Part shown: one piece after another, positions 54,280 through 64,000 of the stretch | How the letters are laid out: each line of letters starts with the position of its first letter | Numbering within the stretch: the stretch's first letter is position 1 | Source: Trichinella spiralis | Lineage: Eukaryota | Length of the DNA: 64,000 nucleotides | Direction of reading: 5' to 3' | NCBI RefSeq assembly: GCF_000181795.1 | Contig: NW_003526943.1 | Location: forward strand, 3,871,228 to 3,935,227 | Made by a program: the position numbers and the translations under genes | Notes under the pieces: model-generated | Database searches by the model: none | Seen by the model: the letters and a program-made list of their open reading frames with translations, nothing else | What the model was told of the DNA's origin: nothing

Positions 54280-56658
54280 AGTTAACTTCATTTGTTTCAT
54301 CATTATTCTCATTTTCATCCCTTCATTCATCACCATTTTTGTACAAACCACTCATTACAACTCCGCTCGATGAATGAAATATGATACAATAAAATTTTTT
54401 CTTTATTTTATCCTCGAATTCAACTAATCGTTCATTTATTTCATATTTTAAACAATTCTTTTGCTTTCGTTTCACTTTCCCTCGTTGTTATTGTGTACAA
54501 TTCAATTTTTGCTTTCTCTCTCCTCCATTTTTTTTGCTTGAGAACTTATTTACCATTGTTTGCAAGCATGTGTGTGTGTGTATGTGTGTGGAACACAAGG
54601 AGACGACACAAAGCCGACGGCAGTGCAAGTTTTGCCTTGGCAGACGATCACTGGCGCACCAACGTGACAATTTTGTAAAGCGAACAACAACAACAACAAA
54701 CGTGCGAACAATTTGCGCAAAACAACTCGAAACAAAAAACTGTACTTGATTAATTTTTTAATCTACAGTATCTGCTTTGAAATGAGCCGGTGAAAATAAA
54801 TTATTACAACAATTCAAAAAGCGACAAAAATTCCAATTCATTGGTTCAAAATTGCATAATTTAACATTCTTTTCAATTTTATTTTGTTCCATTTTCGAAT
54901 ATCAATCATGCTTCTTTGCAAGCTCAACAACTGTGCTTGAAATCGTGGATCATTATGATTTTATTGTGCAATTGTAGAATTTTTGCCTTGCTGCGCGCAA
55001 ATTTCAGAATAATATTTTGTCCAGAATTAACAACAACTTAAGGTGATCAAGTTTTCCCAACTGAAAGCGCAAATAATTTACCAGCTGGAACATTGGAATA
55101 ATTAAACGACACTGACATCATTATTAATAGATTCTTTCAAGATGTGGTCAGTTCTGTGTAGTTGGTGTTTGGTGTGAATAACGATAATTTTGTATGAAAA
55201 CGAAACCGGACCGAAAATTTGACTTGAACACCAACGACAGGATGCTTGAAATTGGAGCGTAAGTGTCACCGCGGAGAAAAAGCCACCCGAACGATGAGAA
55301 TTTCACACGACAGCACGACGCTCATTTTAATATTTCAAATCTCGAACAATATTCCCGAAATTTTCCATTTTCAAATGCGAATCTCTTCGACCGGCTTTAT
55401 CTATTCGGTCGTTTCAGATTTTTGTAATTTCTTTTGAAAAATTCGTGATTATTTACCACCACACGTGTGGAAAGTAAACAATTGTTTACAAAACAACAAC
55501 TGGTTGTTTGTTTCGCGTTGTTGATGCTGACTGACTGGTTTGTTGTGTCAAATTATCCCAACAGAAATTGAAATGAAAATTTCCAATCCAATGGAACTTC
55601 TCACTTTATTGGATGATTAATTGAAACGGACTTTGTTAATTTTACAATTTAAACAGTGCATTTCATTCAAAATTAATACACATTTCTGTGCACAAATTTA
55701 CTAATAATCATCGATCAGTATAAAAATCAAAAACAAACTTCCGTAATAACTAATAATGTTGAATAAGAATACGTTAAAAGGTTAAATTTCTTTGAATTTG
55801 TCATGTACTAGAAAATGTATGCTCATCTACTAATTAACTGCAACTGAAAGTAGATCAAACCTAACTGAAGAATGTTTTTCGAAATATCTGTGTAAACAAA
55901 TTGAAATATTTTAAATTACCTTTTTTAACAGTTGTCTGAAACAATGGAATAGAATGACTCCAATTTATTTATTTATTGTAATTAATATTAAAGTTAGTTT
56001 CCATTCACAGAATTGTTGTGATATACTGTTAAATTTCTCAGTCGATTTTACTTATATCAACCAATTGCGACGCCATCAAATTCATATGCAATTCTAATCC
56101 ACTTTATTATGATTCAAGAACAAACTTTTCCAAGACAGGCTTTTCATTTCTACAAGCCTTATACTTCGACTCTTCAAATTAACTCAGCCATGTTTGTCTG
56201 AAATAATTACTAAGCATAATAAAATATTACTTACTGATTTTTCAGAATAATTCCCATGTCATTTTACTACAATAAAGGTATAAGCAATACATTGGCATAC
56301 CATATCGTGTATCATCCACAGTAAAGGAAGTTTTGCAAAATGAAAAATGTAACTTTATGTTTTCATTATGCTGCCATTGAATTTTTGTGTTTGAACTTTC
56401 TCTAATGCTTAAAATTCTATTTCCTCAATGCCTTTAATCTTCGTACTCATGTACATGCATCCTAAGATGCTCTAAGTTAATAATTTTTAATTTCATTAAA
56501 TAAAAAATTGAAAAAAAAGTATTTTAAAATCATTTAAAATAATATATCGTTTGATAATTTTATTGGATATTACTGTAATTACACTTGATTTTTTCATACT
56601 GTAGAGCAACAATTTTTGACAAACCATATAGCGACAACAATTTATTCGATTTTTGAGA

Positions 56659-56927
56659 ATGTCCCGAAGATATCCACGTCCTTCTGCTTTTCCTTACCCC
56701 CAATTTCACGGTGGCCATATACGTCAGGAAGCGTACATGAGGAATATGGAATTTATTGGTAGAGGTTATGATCCATATCCGCCTTCACTGCGTGAACCAC
56801 TTGCAGCAGGAAGACCTGATGGCTCTTCATTCCAAGGTTTCGACTATTCCTACAATGATTTTCACAGTCGTTCTTTCGATACAAACTTCGCCATTGATTC
56901 CTCCAATTATTTGCTTCATAAGGTATT

Positions 56928-56970
<43 letters not shown>

Positions 56971-57268
56971 TTATTTATATTTATTTATTTATATAAATGA
57001 ACTATGTTCACTTTTTCTTTTCCAGCCACCTGAATACCATCGTTACTATCAGCATCACGCACAGTTACGACAACATCAACGGGTTAATTATAATAGGAAT
57101 GAGCTTTTTAACGATTCTATGTTTGAAAATCCATGGGAAGATTTAGAAAGACAGTGGAATACGAAGCAATTGCAGTATGATTCTCAAAGTCAAAAGAGTG
57201 AATCAGATGACCCTTGCAAAAAAATTTGGACAGAGGTTCAAAAGATCATAGAAAGTTCTCAGAAATAA
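56659..57268 (+). CDS. MPLKIP/TTDN1-like low-complexity protein, 168 aa, 2 exons
   Basis: Exons 56659-56922 and 57026-57268. P/G/Y/F/R-rich N-terminus; motif FNDSMFENPWEDL resembles MPLKIP YKPSMLEDPW. Confidence 0.65.
56931..56995. repeat. (TA)n and (TATT)n microsatellite in an intron
   Basis: Direct reading. Confidence 0.95.
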
Positions 57269-57489
57269 TTTATCTACAGTTACTTCGTTGTTACTATTTA
57301 TTAGTGAATATTTAATACTTTTTATTATTGTTATCGTTACTATATTGTTTTTATTATACTGAATTGTTTGATAAATGATTTGAATTGTCAAGTTAAGATT
57401 TTTTGTGCATGTTTAATTTGAGAAAAGATATTTCCAAATGAAATTAACGAAATTTAACAGCAGAAATAGTGGTATGGTGTCCTTCTCCC

Positions 57490-57835
57490 AGACAGGGGCC
57501 AGATGCCATGTAAGTGAGTGGACGGTGGGCCGCATTCATCTAAAGTTTATAAATTGAGGTAGTAATAATAAAGCAATATTTATGCCATGAAATCCAAATG
57601 ACACAACTCAGTGCGACATTTGATGCTTTGCGCCTGCAGTCAGACGCGAAAATCTTTCAATATTAGGCGACAAGCAGGATAAGGCCAGATACAGAACGTC
57701 ATTTGAATGGACATCAGTCAAGTTGGTTTCGTATCTTCTTCGTCTACTTATTTTTAAAAAGAGTTATCATGTTACTTGTTTTTAGAAAAACTGCGGGCCG
57801 GATCCCGCCATGGAGCCATAGGTTGCCGAGACCTG
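57490..57835. mobile_element. hAT (Buster/Charlie-like) non-autonomous element remnant
   Basis: Right end GCGGGCCGGA..GCCATAGGTTGCCGAGACCTG followed by the 8-mer ACCTAGAC (nnnTAnnn target). GGGCC subterminal motifs near 57495-57533. The left TIR is unclear. Confidence 0.6.
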
Positions 57836-57929
57836 ACCTAGACCAGGAATATATTCTCTCTGAATGAATAAAAAAGTTCTTAATCAGGTGGCTTGACCTG
57901 TGAATCTTGGCACAGTATCATCATATATA

Positions 57930-59072
57930 GCATACTTCATACCTTTGCGGACGAGTAGGTAACGTCCGAACCCCGGCTAGAGAGTACGGCAACTGTTGGT
58001 GATGGGCAATTTGAAAGCTGAGATGGAGTGACGTCTGCGATGTATAAATGCGGTGTGCTTAAACCCGCGCTGAGTGAGCTAAAAGAGAACCGAAGTGCGG
58101 ACCGGAAACGCGGAAAGAGGAGTGGCATTTCGTGAACAACCATGTGGCATAAAACGGTGGTGAAAGTTGAAGAGTATTCATTCGCTCCAGAGTATGCAGA
58201 TAGAGCGCTGTAGAAGGAGGGAGTTGTTGCTGAGCGTGGTTATTCTGCTTTGTTGGGGACTCAAATGTTGTGCTTACGCCTATGCTGTCGTCTTGCACTG
58301 AGAGAGCGATGCGATCCCTACCCTACATTGAGTTTTGCATGACCAGCGTTGGCCAGTGAACGTAAACAATCGCGGTTGGGAATTATACTCACTCTGCTAG
58401 TGCGTAAAAACACCGTCCACTCGAACACTCGACAAGATTTTCTCGCCAACATCATGGTGATGCAGGCTACCACAGCCCTCCACTGGACAAGACACTTCTT
58501 GCTGGCATTTACACGCAATGTGTCCGACGCCTAAGCACTTGAAGCACATGTTCCTCCATTACATTGACTTCTTCCGCTACCTTGCGCTGACCGACAGGTA
58601 AAAGTCGCAACAGGTCAGCATGCATCTCCTATGGCAGAGACAGCAACTCTCAGACGACCATCATTCCGTGCTGATTATCTCTTTAGGGTTGCACGGCGGC
58701 GACCGCAGCACTGTTATTATTACATGGGTTCGACCCGTCCCTTCTGGACGCCTAAATGGCTTTTTCATCACCTCGACTGCTTGCAGGTAATTTGCCGGTG
58801 ACGTAGGAATTCCTCGCAATCGCGTTGGATGCTTCGCCGTTCAAGCTAGAGCGAAGACAGACCTTGGTTAGTGAACAACATTCCGCTGAAATGCGAGAGC
58901 TGCTGAAGCGTCCCATTCCCATCCTTCACCGAGACATGGACAAGGCCTGTTTCCACTTTAGGCTTCTGTTCCCAGCCCAGTTCCAGCTTCCAACTCTACC
59001 AATTCAGAGCTTACTGTAGTTTCTGAGAGTCAAGTTTGACTCAATAATATAATGACGGTGTTCTGTCGTCAT
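57930..59072 (-). mobile_element. Degenerate BEL/Pao retrotransposon gag fragment
   Basis: DUF1759-like TKVCLRSSLNGEASNAIARIPTSPANYLQAVEVMKKPFRRP at about 58870-58745, with decayed knuckle-like sequence downstream and many stops. Confidence 0.72.
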
Positions 59073-59597
59073 ACTTGCTATGTACGTTGATTGATTAAAA
59101 TTAATTTACAAAACTTAGCGATCGCATATACCTCTACGAGAACTAACATCTCTTACTGTAATGAATTCACAAAAACAACCCCATAACTATGGATCGCTTT
59201 TCAGTCACTCGAGATTTTCCGAATTTAGTTGAAACTCCCTCACACTGAATATACTATAATAAGTTAACTAATATTGGATAGAATAAAAGTACATCTGTTG
59301 TTCATTATATAAATATTTGATTTCTTTTTTTGCTTTCTTTATCAGCACTGACTAGATCGTAAAAAGCAACAGTAAATATAAAGATTTTCAAGATTTAAAT
59401 TTGATCAATATGAAATACACAGACAGCAGCATACGTGTTTCTGTAATCCTGTAATTTTGAGAATTTGACATTTATTTTCGAAACAAAACATCGGACAAGT
59501 AATATTAAGTAATTTCTTGACGTTTTTGAGCATATGAAATATCTGTATAGCAGTATACAGTTGAACAGTATGCAAAAAATTACATTTGCACGTGTAA

Positions 59598-62500
59598 TTA
59601 AGCCGCTGCACCGTCATTTCGCAACTTTTCGTAATACGCTTGAAATGCATCCCATTCTTCTGAAAATGATCATCAAAAAATTTCATAGAATAAGTCAAGT
59701 CAACGACTGCAAAATTATACTCGGAGAAGCGGCTTGGAGTTGTTTCGAAAAATTAGAATCTTTTTCAAAATACTGAAACACAGAATAAAACATCAACGGA
59801 TTGTTCGACTTTTTCGCCGCTTCAATGAGCTTCAGCGCAATCACTGGATCCACAGCATCCAAATGACGAGCATATCTAATTGAAAAGAGGAATACAAAAC
59901 ACCGCCATGCTAGATGACGACAAAATCACTTCAATACTTCAAAGCTGAAATAATGTCCTTCTGTTCGAGCAAAATTTCGCAAACTTCAATTGCAGAATTT
60001 TTCCGATGCTTAAACAGATTAATTTGCATTTCAAATGAACAAAAAAACACACGAAATGAGCATTACCATGAGGATATGCAAAGCTAAATGGAAGCAGGAC
60101 TCGTTTTTCGCGGCAAAAGACACCAAAGCCAACGCCTAATGTGGAAATTTTCAAAAAAATAAAAAATTTCCATGTCAACAACACATACCAGAGGTTTCAA
60201 ATCAGGAAACACGCGCTGGTAAAGCATCTCTTGCAAAAGCTGAAATTCATCAGCCTCAGCCAAAAGAACAACCAACAATTTCCACACTTCGGCATCAACC
60301 GTGATATCGAAATTAAGCAACGACTGTACATATTGCAACAAAACCTTTGCCAGCCAAAGTTGTTCCGTTTCCTGAATGAAATTTAAAAAATCTTTTTTTT
60401 TCTTGAAATATATTACTTGAAAATAAATAAGGAGAAAATTTAATTCATGAACATAAATAACACTGATAAGCAAAGGCAAAAGAAAAGAGATACCTCCAAA
60501 GTGGAAAGGGGTTGAAAGATTTTTTCAATTGTCTCATTTTGAGTTAGCGGTGTTCTGTCAGTTTTTTCATCTTTCTAAAATTAAAATGAAAACAAAACTG
60601 ACTGTTGAATTTTGTTCTCCATTTTCAAAATTGCACACATTTTTCGGAGAGAAGACAACGTTGATTTGATCGAAAATATCCCTCAATTCTTGAATATTCA
60701 ACGCCCGCTGCCTGAGCCATCGCAGAAGCAATTTTTGAACAACATCGCCAGCATTGTTTCGCCGAATCAAAAATGCAATCAATTTTGTCTGCAAACAAAA
60801 AAAATCACAAACTTTCAAAAAGTGAAATAATTCAACAACGCTAGCTACTTTCGATGATATGACGCTTTCCGCATATTGAAAATTGAATTCCAATCTCCAC
60901 AAACAACCTATATAGACAACATTATGCATAGATTTTTGAGGAAACAAACAAACAAACAAACTACCCTGTTTTGCATCGACTATGATGTCCGGCTGGTAGA
61001 ATATCCAATTTGGGCAATCTGGACAGATGTTTAAATATTAAAAGAGGAAAAAGTACACAAGTGTTAGCATTTGCTTACATAATTCAAAAGAGAAATTGTC
61101 AAAATGCGACAACGACGACGTGGATACTGATGATAATAATGATGAGGTGGATAAAATTGGCGGTTGAAGTTTTACTTGAAAAAGCGGAAAGTGATACTTG
61201 ATTCCATCTTTTATGGAAAAACAATCCGAAGATATATCAAAAACAAATGTAGCCTAAAATAATTTTGAGAAAATCAAGGATCAGATTTAAAAGAAAAAAA
61301 ATATATATATAGATATAAAAGGGTGTGTTCAAGATTAAACATCAAAATTGATGCAGCTTACACATGCAGTGTGCTTGGATTAATTACTGAAGTTGAACCA
61401 ACGAAAGAAAAAAACATAAAATTATAAATATTCATATAATTTGTCTACTTGAAGCTGCTGCTGGTGCATGAGGAACAGATTGTCGACCACGTGAACGGCA
61501 AATTTGCCGACTTTATTCACGACGAGAATGTCGGTGACTTTCGCTGTCGAAACGCTGGAACTAAGCCTAGACTGTAGTACCCTGTGGGAAAAAAGACAAA
61601 AAGTAGAAATAAAAAAATAATAAATCACAAGAAAATAAAAAAATCAACAAACATGTACTTTTTCTGTACAGGATAGAGTTGAACTTGAACACAACCGCTT
61701 GAATAAAGCATCAAATTTGTCAAAAGAACGCCAACGTACAAATTGTTGTATCTTAAAAATGATAGAATTATATAAAAAATAATTTATGAAAATATTACAA
61801 CTTTTATCAGACATTGAAAAGAAAAGAAAAAAACTGTACATTTCAGCAGCAATAACTTGACGTTCCATCAGCGGTTGGCTTTTAGCCACGTTACAAACAT
61901 GTTCCACTTCAAATTTGGAAAATTTCTGCAATACTGCAGAATTCTAAAACAAAATTTCAAAAAAGAATATATATATTTATTTGAAAATGAAGTGCAGCTA
62001 AAAATAAATAAATAAATTAATTAATTAATAAAATATTCACCTTGATACGAAATACGGTAAATGTGGTGCTTCTGCCGTGGGTCCAGGTGATCAAGAGGTT
62101 ACAGTCGGGCGAGTAAACATAAGCGTTGGTACAGATGCGTACGGACCTGAGCCGACGCAAACAATGCTTCTGTTCGACAAACTGTTGACGGAAAATTATT
62201 TCAAAAAATATTCAAAAAAAAAATCAGAAAACAACACCTGATAAACACTGATCTCACAGTAGGAGACGATCAAAATGTCGCCGGATTTAAGCCACTCGAA
62301 GCCGAGTATTTTCGACGCACCGGAACTATCCAAATCCGACACCAGAAACGATTGTTGACGTTCTCCGAAAATGACAAATTTCTGCAACAATATTCATAAT
62401 TTGAAATGAAACAACAAACAAACAAACAAAAACTGACAATAATATTCTGCGATTGTTCGAAGGCGACGGCTTTGCAGTTTGGAGAAATTTTCAACGACGA

Positions 62501-62812
62501 GATCATTTCACTGGATGGCAATCTGAAAGCAAATGAAAATCAAATTTATTATACAATTATCGAATCAATAAATAATTACTCGAAGTTGAATGTCTTGTTC
62601 GAACCTGCGGTGTGCATGACGCCTCTGAAATGACTGCTTCCAACTTGCAACAAGCACATCTACGATGCAAATGAGGGGTAAAAAAATGAAATGATGAATC
62701 AGATAAAAAAAAGAAAAAAAATTACCCGTCTTTGAGCGTGATCATGGAAAAATAATGTCCTCTCATTTGGTGGTGATGTGAAATTGGCCGAAGCTTTGAT
62801 CAAATTAAGCAT
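59598..62812 (-). CDS. RMC1: Regulator of MON1-CCZ1 (RMC1/C18orf8/Mic1), multi-exon
   Basis: ISSLKISPN; KILGFEW; VNKVGKFAVHVVDNL; IFYQPDIIVDAKQGCLW; Mic1 domain LQEMLYQRVFPDLKPL; ends WDAFQAYYEKLRNDGAAA*. Confidence 0.88.
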
Positions 62813-63056
62813 TTTGTTGTTTGTGTGAATTTACAAAGCAACAACTGAAACGTTTTCACATACAACAAACAACACATTCACAAACGGCATATCATTGTGA
62901 AAAGATATAATACTGCAAAGGACAGAATGAAAAACTTCGAAACGTAAAACAAGAAAGAAAGAAACCGTTTTAATTTGTTATTATAAGCAAAAGTTAATTA
63001 TGAAATGTTGGGCATTATATAATAATAATAATCGAATCTATTTTCTTCTTTTTCAT

Positions 63057-64000
63057 TTATGGTTCCTTTGGAACAAAGAGCAAAGTGTGCGGCAGAGGGG
63101 TACAATGTACTGAATCGATATCAATGACGTGCTGATTAAATAAATAATAACCAACAGACAGAAGTTCCTCTCTGGTCAGTGTGGCCATTGTTTGGTCATT
63201 TTTCACAAACTCACTAGCCGATGTGGAACCGAAAAGTTTTTCAGCCGCATCTTCCAATCGGGCAAAATTGACAGCCCGTTCTGTTGGTGTATAGGAAAGC
63301 CATTCCAAAGCGACGTCATCTTTGAAAACTGACGGATAGCTGTAATATTAAAAGAAAAATAAATAAATAAATGAAACAAATTCAATCAACGCATAAATTA
63401 TCATTCACACAAATGCATTTTACCGATTCTTGAGAAATATATTGATCAAAAAATTCGTTCTAATGCTACGCATTTGTTCATTCAATGACGAATGATCGGT
63501 AGACAAAATTTCATCGCGGAATCTTCTCACAAAAGTCACCGGACCGTCGTACTGTTTCAATTGTTCTGCGACGTTCAAATTCATGTACGTCCTAACCGTA
63601 GACTTCACCAATGCCGACAACGAACTGGGAAAAATGCTAAGCGCAAGCGGCAATATGTCGTCAAAAGTTGCATCCAAAAATAGTCCCTAGAAAAAATTAC
63701 ACCTTCCTGTTGTTTTACAACAAACTCAAAAATAACCATTCAACAACTGTAACTGTTCAACATAAAATGCTAATATTAATTTTAAACAACAACAACTACC
63801 ATGAAAATATTCTCCATCTCTAAAAGAACAATAAAGACTAACTTCAAATTTAGACACTAAATTCAACACCACATCACAAATGTATCATCACATTTGTCAA
63901 CTGAAACCATATTACCCTCATATTAGGATAATTCATTGCAGCCCAAGTGGCAGGATAGGCACCAATAGACCATGCATAAATGAAAATATCCTCTTCCTTA
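63057..64000 (-). CDS. ABHD16A: ABHD16A (BAT5)-like phosphatidylserine lipase, 3' part (runs off the window)
   Basis: IFIYAWSIGAYPATWAAMNYP (nucleophile Ser); LDATFDDILPLA; RRFRDEI; HCTPLP. Confidence 0.92.

Noticed and set aside
1..64000. tRNA, rRNA, CRISPR or prokaryotic systems
   Set aside because: No cloverleaf, rRNA-like or repeat-spacer pattern seen. The sequence is intron-containing eukaryotic DNA.

Overview
AT-rich eukaryotic genomic DNA with short GT-AG introns and dense genes. It most resembles a clade I nematode such as Trichinella; this is an inference from intron style, gene set and the FLYWCH-MULE repeat family. Genes I can support are RRP15, a DUSP-fold pseudophosphatase, URM1, V-ATPase subunit E, chimaerin, TSR3, SMARCD/BAF60, MRPL32, RPN3/PSMD3, a possible divergent SAP30, a Ly6/uPAR protein, VKOR, a TRPC channel, an intronless BPI/LBP protein, an MPLKIP/TTDN1-like protein, RMC1 and the 3' part of ABHD16A. 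Three tight co-directional clusters look like nematode operons. The 26-34 kb block is transposon debris: FLYWCH/MULE, plus a Ty3/gypsy element with both LTRs that carries two piggyBac remnants. Pogo, hAT and BEL/Pao fragments occur elsewhere. I recognised no tRNA, rRNA or CRISPR, and no proven novel system. The best leads are the cryptic SAP30-like gene, the nematode VKOR, the MPLKIP-like gene, the pseudophosphatase and the operon candidates. All homology calls come from recalled motifs, not database searches.
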